Position numbers and translations under genes: made by a program
Notes under the pieces: model-generated
The model's input: only the letters and a program-made list of their open reading frames with translations
What the model was told of the DNA's origin: nothing
Database searches by the model: none
Shown here: positions 1-14,509 of the stretch, in pieces
Layout of the letters: the number at the start of each line of letters is the position of its first letter
Numbering within the stretch: the first letter of the stretch is position 1
NCBI RefSeq assembly: GCF_964355755.1
Contig: NC_092679.1
Coordinates: 5,982,201 to 6,046,200 of the forward strand
DNA length: 64,000 nt
Source of the DNA: Antedon mediterranea
Lineage: Eukaryota; Animalia; Echinodermata
Direction of reading: 5' to 3'

Positions 1-647
1 AAATAGAGTAATTTCTCTGAATTCGGCTGTCTTAAAACTCATCAAACATTGGCCATGGTAAGTTGAATACAACTGTCGTGATGTATGTGCTTGATACTGT
101 GACAACAACCTTAATATCATCGCCCCGATCTTCGCGTTCTGCACATCATGCATTCGCCGCACACTCGCTCGCCGTGTACATTCTGCATGCCTTGTTTACT
201 GCATGCTTGATTACCATAAAAAAAACACCGCCCTTTATACCGACCGGAGCAGTACTGTAGTTCGTGTCACATGCAACAACATGCGATTTGCACAGAGCTC
301 GAGCGTGGGGAATCGGGAGAGACGGAGAACTCATGAGTTATGTCGATATTATTTAGGAAGCCAGGCCCAGATCACATTTTAGGGTATTTTTTAAGTATAA
401 ATCTGGGAGAAAATCTATACAGTAGGCATAGACCAATTAGGCCGCCTAGGCCTAGATGACCTGGCAGTCTAATGTGTAGGCCTACATCGGAATATAGCTT
501 TAGATAGCCTAAATCGTAGCCAGAAGAAATATTGTCATTTTCAGTTCCTGCATGATGCACCGGGAAATCCGCTGGTATAGTCCCACCTCCAAAATTCGGG
601 CAAATTTCACGTACAAGGGGGGTGGGATTATACCCGGGGAACTACGG
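1..647. mobile_element. Right part of a related pogo-like non-autonomous element
   Basis: Ends gggggtgggattatacccggggaactacgg|ta, resembling the end of 15230-15892. The left end is outside the window. Confidence 0.5.
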
Positions 648-649
648 TA

Positions 650-730
650 ATCAAGACGATAAAGTAAAACAGCCAGAAACGTTAGCAGAGCTTTCAGGCA
701 ACACTAGCCCTTCATCAGTGCAAGTGAAGG
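650..730 (-). mobile_element. Solo fragment of the Penelope family B pLTR in an SPTLC2 intron
   Basis: Reverse complement of 33855-33935 with a few substitutions. Confidence 0.7.
684..723 (-). ncRNA. Minimal type-I hammerhead ribozyme (Penelope family B pLTR)
   Basis: Minus strand tgca CTGATGA a GGGC tagtgtt GCCT GAAA GCTC tgc, with palindromic stem III AGCT and stem I gca/tgc. Copies at 33862-33901 and 42224-42263 have CTGCTGA. Confidence 0.65.
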
Positions 731-1523
731 TACTCGGACAAAGATAGATAGATTAGTTACTTTATTACTACTATTTATGTTTAGCTCTTGTTTATTTTGG
801 TTTGTTCTTTTAATGTGTTGTTTGTATACTTTTGGTAGTTGTTATGGTTTTAGGATTCAGCACCTATTATTTGTGCCGTTATTACAAATCCAATTTGGTG
901 GCGATAAAGGAATAATGAACATTGTTAAGTCCCACGAACATGTCAGAAAAATTTAACGACCGGTTTGATTCTGTTAAGACACAAAATCCATGTAGTCAAT
1001 GTCATCTTTTGTTGTTGTCCTTGTATGTCATTTATTATCTATTTTATTGTTATTATATTATTATTTTAATACTTAATTCCCTCCAGTATTGTCTCCATGA
1101 AAAAATCATTTTAAAAATGTTTTGTTGTTGAATATGCCATTTTGATGTTCCATAATAGTAGTCATCTTGAAAAAAAGTGTAATTTAAAGTAAAACATGGT
1201 CTCAGCTCAGCTCAACTGCCAGCCAATGGGTTTTGGTTGAATTTAACCTTTTTCTTTGTCTTTTTATAAGTGAAAACATTATTTTTCAGATTATTTTTCT
1301 GCGGAAGTTATTAACTTGAATAAAACTGCAAATGGCTTATTCAAAATCTGATTTTAATAATTTTAATTTTTCATGTTTTTGGGGGACAGTACATCTTTAA
1401 TTTCCTCAAACTTGATTGCCCTCCAGTCACATATCAATTCCTTTTAGTTAATTAAAGTTTATTTTGGTACTGTTAATGTTACTCTTTGTGGAAATTCAAC
1501 AACAAAAAAAGAAGAGAACTTAC

Positions 1524-4500
1524 TGTTATGTTGGAACACTCTCACAGTAGCTCCAGACAACCGAATTCCAAGAACTAAAGAGGCATGGTTCATTTGATCA
1601 CTCAATACTAGACAATTCTGAAATAAAAAAAAATATATTATAATAATTTCATCTCCTTTTTTCAGTATTTTTCATCCTAATGATTATACTTTGGAAAGAT
1701 AAATTGTGCCAGAGAAGGTTTCCAATATAGTTTAAAAACCTTCCCAGTACAATTCTGGCCATTTCAATATCTCATGGATGTGAGGTGAGCAAACTTTTTT
1801 ACTAGAAACGCTCTCCTAGATTTTCAGCTCCATATTATTCAATATTAGCTGAGCTACATATCTGTACCCCATGCATGGCATTGTATTATTATGTAAGCCA
1901 CCTTATCTATATTTATCTTTATTTATTATATATTCTTATGAATTAGATTATCTATCTTTCTCTTTGATACTATATAAAGTCATAATTACATAAACGCCAT
2001 AAGGTACAGCTTCTATATGCCAAATTCCCACATATAGTATAGGATTTGTAAAAGTATTCAATATGTATGTTAAATGTATATAAATAAATGTCATATTAAT
2101 AAAATAGCATGCTACAGTATACCTGTAAATAGCAATAACTAGCATATAGCTCTGTATATAGAAATCTAATATTATATAGCGGTGGCTATGTTAACCAAGG
2201 ATGCTGAACTCCAGAGATCAAAGAGTTTATCTGTGGCTACGACACGGTCAGTTCCACACCCTTAAACTTTGATTGGCCAAGTGGCTTCCTCAAATGCTTT
2301 TTTTGGTATTTGTCATAGGCAGACATAGGATCAAAGGACTGTTACGAGCTCTTATATTGGCTAAAAATACTGTATGTAACTATATCTATAACTAACTTCA
2401 CTATTCAGTGATTTTGCATTGAGATAGTGTCTGATCTTGTCAGTTTCTGATGTTTAATATATATACCTACTTTACAAAATAAATTAACTTTTAATTAAAC
2501 ACATAATGAAATAATACATTCTTCTTGCCTCAATTACAGTATATAATTAAGATACATCAAAAGCAAAGCACATAGTCAATCCATTGCTAGTTTGGTATTG
2601 TACTTTACACACAATGCTGCTAGTAACGTCTTAATTAAAAAACAGCTGAATGTGATGTGCTCCTATGGTCTATTTGTCTATCAAGCAGAAACACACAGTA
2701 GTGACTATGTGTGTTTCTGCTTGATAGGCTTCATGATAGTTTGGGATGAAAATCAACAAAATACAATGTAAGGTATCATTGTAGCAGCAATGTTCAGAAC
2801 CAAAATATTATTTACAAGTCATTTTCTGAAATCATTATTAGGCAAAATTGAATTGTATGTGCATTTCGGAGAGATTAACTTAATGAAAGAAAAATGTAAA
2901 AAAAGATTAACTTAACATGTAAGAATGAGAAGCATGTTTAAATTAAGGAATAACATGACCTAATTCTTGACTCCAAATCAATTCTAATCCTTACAATTGG
3001 CTGAGGTAAGGTGAAGATTTGCATACAAATGCATTGGAATTCACTATAACCCTGGGAATACAATAACAAGGCACCTGAGGGCTTTATCAAAATAATGCTA
3101 GTCTGTTTTCAAAGTATTTCGATATAAAAGCAGTCCAGTAAATATACAAAACCTCCAAAGAACAATATATAGTACTTTGTAACTGGTTATTGTTTACAAA
3201 CAAATATCACATTTCAGGCTGATTTTTACTCAGAATAATTTCTCAGTTTGTTGGATACACTGAGTGAGACTAGTCAAAGGTGACCATTTAGTTGACTTTC
3301 TAAAGTGAGCCAGTCAACACCCACATCTAATGTTCGGTCTACTAGATATATAGATAGAAATCTATCTTTATTCTGGATATTCATTCAATATTTGTACATT
3401 GTTCTTCCTTGAAGTCCAGTTAACACTTTCAAATATAAACAATAAAAATGGAAAATTATGAAAACGTTTTTCATAATCATCGTAAGATCGTGGGTTTGAT
3501 TCCAATGCTCGTCGCATTGCTTGTATCCTTGTGCAAGATACTTTACTTACGTTTTCCTCTCTCCACCCAGGTGTACAAATGGGTATCTGGTAAGGTCAAG
3601 ACACAACTTTGCGCTGATTACTACAGTAGCTGCATTATGTTTCCATATGTGTTTGATCCAAAATGACCAGAGTTATAATATGTACAGCGCTTAGAGGTTT
3701 TACAACATTAAAAGCTTTATAAATCTAGTATATTATTCCAGTATAATTAAAATATTAATAGCAAAAGCATAAATTTTCAAATAATCCACATTTTCCTCTT
3801 GACCAGTCATGCGACTATCGCTGTAAGCGCAAGTCATGTGACAGCTATCCAATTAATTCACATTAATATTTTAAAACTTACTTGTCCCACTAAAGCAGGG
3901 ATGTTGAGAGAATTAGTAGCGAAGCCCATGCCAAACGTAATGGCCGACTCCACTCCAAGAAACTCCGCAGTTAATTTTTCTAGTTTGTTGTGTAGATCAT
4001 AATTCCCTAAAAAAAATAATATAAACAAAATTATTATTATGAATAATATGCAACATGAACATGAATAACAATAATTATTATCAAATATGAATCATAAAGC
4101 TCTATCTACAGTATCAAACTAATTTGATAAAAAAAAAGTATGATGTGTCCAAATACGGTAGTGATATGTGCAAATATGGTATTGATATGACATCATCATT
4201 TACATATATGGGCACATCACATTTATTTGTCACATAAAGTTTGATAGTGTAGACAGAGCTTTAGCCTTGACAAATAAATAGTGTTTTCGAAAGCTTGGAA
4301 CTTTCTTTCTGGCCGTTTTAATTTACCATTTTGATTCAGCTTATTTTATTTGTATGTCCATTGAGATCTAGCCACAGCATTGTCATTTTTTCATTAATTT
4401 GCTGATGGATTCATAAATAATTTACAATAACATAATTGTGTTGTCTTTGTGTGGCCATGAATACAGGTAGCTATGCTGTATTAAGTGAGGTTTAAAACAG

Positions 4501-7500
4501 GTTCTTGCACATCCAGTTTATTACCTAGCTTAACTTTCCCCTAGTGCTTTTATGAGGTTATTTCCGATGATAACCTCATTCCTGTTAATGTATAAGGTCT
4601 TTCCACCAACATTAACATTTGGACTTTATATAGGTTCGAATATCATTGGGGAAATATCATAAAAATATGTTTGTCGCTCCTAAAGAGGTACTATAAAGAG
4701 TAGTTCATACATAAAGGTTCATTTAAATATGCAACAGGCACATTATGCAAAATAAGAATAAGGTGCTGGTAGTGTTATTATAGTCAAAATTAAAAAAACT
4801 TTATAATTATATTCATAGAAACTGTTTTTACCGCAATATCATGATAATAAAAACCAATACATATTTTTAATTCCTTTAATAGATCATCATAATTTTCCTA
4901 TACTGTGTAGATCCTCATTTGAGTATAGAGATATTTTCTTTTACAGTAATATCATAATAGAATAATAATAATAATAAAGATTGATATTTTCATAGAAATT
5001 TTTGTTACAATATATATTGTATATATATATACTTCTGTCGTAAAACAACAATGTCAATTAGTCTTACATTCATCTGAATGATGACTAAGCCAGGACTGTT
5101 CTCAGATAAGGACTATAAACCATAGGTCCAGTGTACACATCTAGCTCGTGTGCACTTTAAAGAACCTAGTACATCTTTCGAGACGAGTAGGGGTTACCCC
5201 GGTTTATTAGTACATCACAGCCATTGATCACCAACTGGGCCCTTTGACTGAAGAGGTTACCCAGTATAAATATAAATTTCAATCAATATCATAAATATTT
5301 ATTTATATTTAAATTTGTAAGCTATATTGAATTTAAAATCCAAAAGAAATAAATATTGATTTGATTTGGTCCCTCACAACATGGAGGTATAACATGCTCA
5401 TAACATGCTGAGTAGAAATAGTTATAGGTAAACCCATAAGGTGGTGTGCTATATGATTCATATATTATTATCAATAAGTAAATATTGATTGTATTTACAA
5501 ATTGTATCCTTATCATGTGCTTAAAAGCAGTCACCTGCCTTTGTCTCACAAGTTATACAGCAATAGAGACTGCACTGTTAGGTCCTGTCTACACTATCAA
5601 ACTTTATGTGAAAAAAATGTGAGGTGCCCATATATGGACATGATGATGTCATATCACTAGCGTATTTGGGCATAAATATCACTAGCATATTTCGGCATAT
5701 CACTAGCATATTTGGGTATATCACTAGCATATTTGGGCATATCACTAGCATATTTGGGCATATCACTAGCATATTTGGGTATATCACTAGCATATTTGGG
5801 CATATCACTAGCATATTTGGGCATATCACTACTATATTTGGTTATATTACTACCATATTTGGGCATAATCACTACCATATTTAGGAACATCACAATTTTT
5901 GTCAAACTAGTTTGATAGTGTAGACCAAGCTTTAATAGTATGGTTTGTATCCTATTAGTAATTATTATAGCTTTACCAGGACACTATTTGAAAACATAGC
6001 ACCCTAAATACAAGTAGTAAATTTATAAAGCCGGGTTATTAAGGTGGAAATAATTTTCCATTAGTGCCTGTTGAAACAAATAACAAGAACGAATAACATT
6101 AATACCGTACCTAATTCTTGGCGAACACTGCATATCCCAACGCCGTATTCTTCAAGGCTTTCATTTACTTGATCATGGCAATAACCTTCCGTTTCGGAAA
6201 ATCCTAAATAATTATACGAGCCAAAATTGATGGCCTCTATAGATTTACCCGTATACCTGAAAAATAAAACCATGGCAAAAATGATTTGCAAAAATTTGCA
6301 TGGGCATAGTGTAATTGAACCTACACTGCTCTGAATCTGACAACAGCAAGATTGAGTGTAATTGAACCTACACTGCTCTGACAACAGCAACATTGTGTTT
6401 TGGAATGGTAGACAAAGGTATAATGTTTTAAAGAGATTGTGATGAAATTGAAAATTGATTGATTGAAATATATTTATACTGGGCGACCTCTTCAGTCAAA
6501 GACTGGTCTCCCAGAGGGCCCAGTTGGTGATCAGTGGCTGTGATGTACTAATACACCGGGGTAACCCCCTACTTGTCTCGAAAGATGTACTAGGTTCTTT
6601 AAAGTGCACACGAGCTAGATGTGTACACTGGACCTACGGTTTATAGTCCTTATCCGAAAAGACTCGTTCTACCACCAGAACCATGGAGTGAGTGAGCCTC
6701 GAACCCCTGCCGATGTTATGGCTACGTAATTACGGTTTCACTGTCTTAACCGCTCGGCCACTCACTTTATATTATCTAAGGAAAATTTGTAGTGAACAGT
6801 TATCAGTCAAAAGAGAAAAATATTATATCTGTATACAGTTAGTATGATGATTAACCAGGGAAGAAATTGTTTACTTCACTCTTCCCAGGATTAACCAAGC
6901 ATTGTGATGCTAACAATTGCTACGTTTCAGGGGCCACACACATTAATTAAAACTCTTTTTATAATGGGTCTTAGTTACACAATAGGTCAATAATTTTAAT
7001 ATGTAAACATACATATGTTACTACACTGTTTTGAAAATGCACTATTGAAATGAAATGATCCTGAAGGAATTAAATGAAGAATGTCACGCTTCAATGCCCA
7101 ATTCTAAGCGTGTGTATTGTTTGAGCACCAAGCTAGGTCAGGTGTATTGAAGGTACGACGTATTGACAACACACAATGTTCCAAGCTTTATTTACTGACA
7201 ATCCAAGGGGTTGTTTCTTACAATATAGTATTATTATTTTGTAGTGAAAGCCTTAGGTTAAATGAATTTTCATTCATTCAATGTTCAAAGCGAAAGGAAA
7301 TATTTCTATAGAACAAGAATCTTGATTAATTATTATTATAATCTATAAGGTAGAGATTTAGGACTCGCTCCATGTACTGTAAATAATTGGTAACTTAACT
7401 TTCACGTCATGATCAGGTTATTTCTTGGTTTATGTGAGTCAAAGGTCATTCGTTGGTACTTACGTGAACGTCCAGTTATCGTCTGTTGAGTAACGTTCCA

Positions 7501-10500
7501 TAATTCTAATAACTGAACCGGCACCGCTGCAAAGTGGCACGTTAAAATTATCTCTTATTCTACGGTAGACATTGCGAGTGTAAAAACTATCAAAGTCTTG
7601 ATATAATGGAACAAAATCCTGAAATAACAAGAAAATTATACTTTTCCACTTTTGTAGATTTTCTATTATGTACCCTGATTAATATTACTCTTATGATGCC
7701 ATTCAAATTAATTTCAGTCTAGTTGCACTTGCAATCAGGTCTATGTACTGTACCGATCTGGGCTACTCTGAAAATAAACCTCACAAAATCTCTCCGTTGC
7801 CGGTTAGCATTTCAAGTTTAGTTACAGATTGTTGACAGAATTTTATTTATCATATGTATCATGATAATAAAATCTATTTTACAATTTGAGTTGATGGTAG
7901 GTCACAGTTTAACAATTACAATAAATACATTCAAGGCTGAACTGAAATTTGCATAATCAAGAGAAACAATCAACATTTAGATCTCGGTCAGGATGATTTT
8001 ATTCTTTTCTCATATTTATTGCCCTCATATTTTTAGGAAATATGATTGCATTTAGTTAAGCTCCGTCTACACTATCAAACTAGTTTGACAACAAAAGTGT
8101 GATGTGCCCAAATATGGCACTGATATGCCCAAATATGGTAGTGTTATGACATCATCATAGCCATATATGGGCACATCATTTTTTGTTACATAAAGTTTGA
8201 TAGTGTAGACAGGGCTTTAGAGTTTAAATTTTAAACACTTACTAGTAATTCCGGCGACTCATTCGCACCATGCACTTGTTCAAAATTATTCCGTCTCATA
8301 AAATCTCGTATATAACCAAATAACGTTAAAATAAAATAACATAGATAGGTTGCAACTGCATTAATTAGACTCACAGGTTCAAACGACTCATAAAACGCTC
8401 TTTTGTATGCCTCCTACAAAACAAAACAATTAAATAAATTTGTCACATAAAAAAAATATGTACAACTACAAGTTATTATTAAAATTTCAGTATATCACCG
8501 GGTGGTTTAGAATTCATGTTCTGTGCCTGTTATGTTTATGTTTTAAATCATGATCACATTTTGCATTTAAATCTTTCACAGGAGTAAGGACCGCAATATG
8601 GGGTCCAGTTTTATTAAATCTACATAATAATTTAAGGTAGTAAAGGCAAACTAGTTTTGCATTAGGCGAGATGTTTTTCCCCCACCCAAAAAAGAATTTT
8701 ATAATCAATTAATTTTTCTCAAGCATATTTACGTCAGAGTAGGGCAAATCCTCTGACCAATCAAAATACTGCATGGCAAGTAATCATTTTTAGTAACGTA
8801 TCTACAAATAATCAAAAACATAATTCTTATTTAATTTTAATAAATGGCAATTTTTTGTGACGGTTTTAAAACACTGATTGTTGTTTAATTACAGACAATT
8901 GGACAGCTAAGCATCTTATAAACTGTTGCTAGGTACCACAACTGTAGCAGAATATAAACAATTAAGATCCGTTAATCTGCAGCATTAGCAACATACTGTA
9001 GGTTAGGTTTTATTCCCTGCTAGGAATATCATGAATATTAAACATAAATAGAATCAATACTAATCATATCTACAGTACTTGTTTACAAACCTGTACATTT
9101 CATCAAATTAAATAATAATTATTCAGTATTGCATTAAATTATTGAAATTCAAAAATTTAATATTCAAAAAGAGCAAGTACAGTACAATCTCTCCTTTGGG
9201 AAATAAGGAGACACATTCATGTGAAATGAAGAGGAGAAATGTATTTTAACACTATGGGGAGAATCCCTAGTAAGGAGACATACCCTAGGAGACATCCTTA
9301 CTGTAGGGGACATCCCAATTAAGAGGACATCCCTATTAAAAGGACATCCCTATTCAGAATGTACAGTACCACTATTAAGGGAAAAAATTTACTCAGGAGA
9401 TATCCCTACAGCCTTAATAGTTGTTCCACAGTACTAATTTAGTGGATTTTTTTGTATTTTTCGTAATAAAGCGTCCCTATTGTGTGAGCGGGATTAAATT
9501 AAAGTAATTAACTTGTTTGTATCACAAAAACAAAATCAATACACCTGCGGATATTAGATGCTCTGAAAAAATAAGAATGAATGCATTTTCTAGTTAATAT
9601 CCCAATTGTAATTAATTCATATTATTACTACTAGTTATTGTACAATGATACAGAACTTATTATTAAAGCACGGATACAGCAATTGATTGTTTATTGTTGT
9701 TGCTATTAGTAACAATTGAAGCTTTTAATAACTCTCTTTAAATAATTTTTTCATACAATTATTTTAACAATTTTTTTATTTAATATGCTATTTCAATGTC
9801 ACATAATAGTTATCACTTTGACCAAAAATTTGACCAAAAAAAATTGTGTGCCTGAAAAAACTATCCCATTTTCTGTCAGTGTCAGACAACATGTTTTTAG
9901 TTAAATTCAACCATTAATTTTGTCTTTTCATAGGTGAATTTTATTTTATTTTTTATTTTTTTTAATTCAATTTTATTAACCTACAAAATGGTCCAGGTAT
10001 AAGCTAGGCACAGAATAGATTTGACTTTTCAGTTTATTATTTATTTTTATTTTAAGAGTGTAACCCTTCCAGTTTAGCCTAGTGGTTAAATGATATTCAT
10101 GGATATTTGATTTAATTCATCTTTATTTTTTATGCTTTGGTGTCAATGTCAATGCTTTGGTGTCAATACATCTTTAAAGCATAATACATTATATTTTTTT
10201 TCAGTATTATACAGACTTACTAAAAATCATTAATTTATTTAAAGTTCATTTCCCACAATCTTTAATTGAAAAACAAGCGAGTAAACATTTACATAAAAAT
10301 TGATTAGTTCTGAATATTAAAACCTCATTTCTTTCCATATGACCTAAACCAAACTCTTAGTTTGATTGCTTTTGGTTATACATCTAATGTAAACAATAAA
10401 CTCTTTTAACAGATTGCATTATGAATAAATAAATAAGTCATTCATTTGTAGATCTACTGCTAGATATTGTAATCTTTAATTCATTCAATATATTGGTGTC

Positions 10501-12649
10501 TAATCAATAATTGACCCATTCCCGCCACACTGCAATTTCATAAGTTACTTAGTGTGTGCTTTGAATTGAGGTGCAAACATGTTACTAAAGCATCATCCCT
10601 TCTAACGCCAAATGTTCTGGAGGACTTTTACATACAAGCCAGAGTGTTGATCTACAATCAAAAGGATCATTTTGATGACCATGGGATTACACAGTATGAC
10701 AGTATAGGCTTTAATTTGAACCAATTCTGATCATCATATAATGGTAATAAATCAACTAAATTCTTTAATAACAAAAAATATAATTTTAAGAAATGAAATT
10801 CAAAACAATTTTATATGAATAGAGTACTGTACAATGATGAGTCTCTTGGATTGTCCCCTGAATGGGGGTTCAAGGTTTTTAGGGGTGGGTCCAGCATTGT
10901 TTGTGTACTGTTTTGATTGCCATAATATACATATTGTGAACGTTTCACAATTATTTTTAATTTGTATTATAAATTACCAACAACTTCTTCATAACAACAC
11001 AAATATTTACACAACTGAACATAAGAATAATTTGAACCAGTTTACAAACATTGACTTTGGATGTTTGTGAATGAATCTATGCAATTTCATAGAGCAACAA
11101 GAAAACAAACAAAAACCACTAACACCCTTTTACACTGATTACTCAAAGTCTAAAATAAATATTGGCACAGTTCCAACTAGACTCTACAGAACAAATTAAT
11201 TTGAACATGTTGATTGGTTTCTATGGTAAAATATTAATCATATTTTATACTAAATCAAAATTAATCTTTTGATGGATTTGAGAAAATTTGTTATTTTGCA
11301 CTTAATTTTCATTCAAAATACAGTAAATTTTATTTTCAAATACGGGTGCAATTGCCAGTTTGAATATGTAGCTAATGTCACTGAAACTAACATTGAAGTT
11401 ATTTATTAACTAACCTAATTTTCTTTTTAGTTCTCATCAGTTCTCATTTGAATATTCAATATTTTATGTGTTTTTTTGTATGTATGTTTTATTGAGGGCC
11501 CTAAATGATCAGTTCCATTAGGAACGGGATAGGCTACCCTCAGTAAAGATGGTAATAAATAAATAAATAAAAAATCAGTATATTCAGAATCATTGTGTAT
11601 ACTTATTGTACCTGTACAGTAGGCCTAGATCAGAGCATTTAGATGAATGAAATAATGAATTCATTTAATATTATACAGTACCTCTCATTGTACACAAATA
11701 TTTAATCTGCTAAACATATATTTCACATGATTCTAAATTACAAAAAAATGTTGTGATAAAATCAATGTGATTACATTTGTCAAAACAAGATTTTAAATGC
11801 ATTTGATGAGGCCATAGTCAATTTACTTTATACTGACTATGATGAGGCCTTACTTCATCCACGTGATTATGTAACAAATAAATTTAAAAAGACCTTCCCA
11901 CACAACACAACAGAACAGAGAGAGGCACCAATTTATGTATTAGGCTATTACATTATTATTATTATTCACTTTTATTTCAAATATCAAAAAATTGACCAAA
12001 ATTACAACTCGTGGCTAAGAGCCAAATTGCGTGTAAAATACATGTCATATCAAAAAAATAAATATAGGCCCTATATAAAAAATATGAAAAAAAAAAAAAA
12101 CAACAAAGAAGGGGAGAGCAGTCGCAAACTAGCAGGGGAGAAAATTAAGAATTCAGTAATTTGATGAAGTAGGGTATAGGGCTATTGGTAAATCTGGATG
12201 TTTTAGACGCTAGCTGGGTAATTTTGTTAATTACATAATCAGGACCATGTTACAACGTAGCCTAGCTACCGCGAGTCCTACCTGTATGTTTATGGAAAAA
12301 CATTTATAATAGTAATAGTCTACTTTTTAGTATATAAATGTATCCTTCAAATAAGGCTAGGCCTATGACTAGCCTATAACAAGATACCACAAACAGAGTA
12401 AGAATAATACGGGCGGTTGCCACGGGGGCACACCCACTGTATCAGCTATCTCTCTCTGCTGTTCTGGCTCATGATGAGTATCCAACAAATACGAGGCAAG
12501 CCGAACAGAAAGCTAAAACACGCATAACATACCTCTGGTCTTTTGGCTGTTGATTCATTAATTCTATCATATTTGTTTTGATGCACTTGATTTTCTGTAA
12601 GCCTTATATTATTAGAAGCAAGGCTCCCGGTTCTTCGATGCAACGCCAT
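1524..12649 (-). CDS. SPTLC2: Serine palmitoyltransferase catalytic subunit (SPTLC2/SPTLC3 co-orthologue), coding exons 1-6; gene continues beyond window start
   Basis: Exons 12649-12533, 8413-8243, 7618-7464, 6256-6111, 4006-3882 and 1617-1524, all GT-AG and in frame. Translation includes [60 protein letters not shown] and [26 protein letters not shown], which are LCB2/SPTLC2 hallmark motifs. Confidence 0.96.
5095..5290 (+). mobile_element. Same SINE, core and tail only
   Basis: Reverse complement of ~6460-6665. Confidence 0.8.
5578..5934. mobile_element. MITE family with TIR AAGCTCTGTCTACACTATCAAACT and an expanded internal 21-bp tandem repeat
   Basis: About 11 copies of ATATCACTAGCATATTTGGGC between the TIRs. 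Shorter family members lie at 4096-4263, 8056-8219, 35416-35584 and 43780-43948. Confidence 0.85.
6452..6765 (-). mobile_element. tRNA-derived SINE with a Deu/Nin-like core, full length
   Basis: A box TGGCCGAGCGG, B box GGTTCGAGGC, core CGGATAAGGACTATAAACCGTAGGTCC...TTAAAGAACC...GTAGGGGGTTACCCCGGTG, (CAAT)n tail. Confidence 0.85.
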
Positions 12650-14509
12650 GGTGGTGGTATGTCCTGCTCTCACGGCAAAAACCGCCAGGGTCAATCAGGG
12701 TATGTACCGTAGTAAACGGTGTAGTAAACATGTAATCTCCATCGATGAGATATGGCGTGATCGATAAGGCCAGAGAGAAATAGAGGTCGCTCTAACCATT
12801 AAAATAAAAACTGTGTCATGTATATGAGGCGTGATATAAAATTGATGATGCAATTCATTTACTAAATATCATATCAATTTTACTATATTTTGTGTTGTAT
12901 TCATTTGTGTAAAGTAATGATCTGCTGTATGTATCGATTTAAATTGGGGGTGGGGGTAGGATAGGGGTTGATAGTTGTTTTTGCCTTTATATTTTTCTGT
13001 GTGTAATTGTAATTCATTAATTCATTGTTATAATATATTGTTATTGTGAAGGATGCACCTTTGTGCTAAGTGTGCCACCAATCTAAAGGTGTAATTCCAA
13101 ATAAATAAATAATAAATCAATACTTGGTTTGTCATAATCATCGATTAAAGTGCGGTATCCCCTTTTTTCCACATGATAAACCACCCATGAGTGATCTAGA
13201 TAATCTTTAGTTGACCACATCCTGGTCAGATTCTTTGATCTGCTAAAACTAATCAAGTAGCCACATTATTATAGTATCTAAATTCTTTCAATTTCTAACA
13301 TAACATAAATATAAGTAAAATAGTTTGATTATGAAATATATCACCACAAAATGAAGAGAACAGTAGTAATAATCATCTGACTAAGAATGCCATTCATTGT
13401 TAATACCACGAATTAGGTACTTTCTAAAAGCTAATGTGCAGATTATATGAAATGATCTGATTTATATTTATATTATTATATATTAAAAGATATGTATTAA
13501 AACACATAAATAACATTTTTGACATTTGATGTCTTCAATATATTTATTTTACTAACACCGTTTTTAAGTATAGGCTTAATCACTTATATATCCCACAAAA
13601 ATATGTAAATATTTTGTTGCATGTCCTTTAGAAACAATTTTGAAATTTATAGAAATTATGGTTTCTAAACATATAAATCAAAATTAATTTGTTTTCCACT
13701 TTCATTAATAAATTAAAATAAAATGATTACAATAAAAATCACCTTTCCCACAAAAATATATAAATATTTTTGTTGATGTCCTTTAAAAAAATAAGTAGTG
13801 TATTGTAATTAAGTTTTAGAAACTATGAACATACATCATAAAATAAAAATTAAGTTGTTTGTTCACTTTCAATAATAAAATCATTAGAATAAAAATATTA
13901 ACAAATTATTAGACAAATTCAACATTTTTCAATTATTTCAAATTAGATAGTCTGTTTAATTAATCATAATATAGAACTATACTTGTCAAAATTAAATTTC
14001 TACTTAATAATATAATATTATTAATTTAAATTACTTTTTTTTGTAATTTTTTGTTTAAATTGTAATGTTGCAAAATTATTTTCAGCCCCAGACCACTAGC
14101 ATAGGGAGGGAAACATGCATCTACGGTTCACTTCTTCGCACTCAACACGCCAACCAAATTTCTCATTTTTAATTTGTTTTATCATATTCATTGTACAGTA
14201 ATTTACATTTCCTCTTCAAATTTAAATAAAAATTATATAATCTTATATTTTCTCTTATATATATCAAAATAAAATATATTGCTATATATATATATATATA
14301 TATCGAAAAAATCTGAGCATTATCATAATTAAAAAGTAATTTACCAATAATAATACTGATAATTCTTAAACAATTTAAATATAGTACTGTGTGAATTACA
14401 CAAACCAGGTATTTGTAAATAGAGATCTTCATAGACACTACAAATGCCATTATTATATGGAATATGGACCACCCCTGTAAAGGAATATGGAACAGCCCTG
14501 TGATGTCCT

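Noticed and set aside
5578-5915. Four overlapping repetitive ORFs
   Set aside because: By-products of a stop-free 21-bp repeat inside a MITE.
6690-6765. tRNA gene (also ~54915-54989, ~36410-36479, ~27462-27522)
   Set aside because: The A/B boxes are SINE heads joined to core and tail sequence; no proper cloverleaf.
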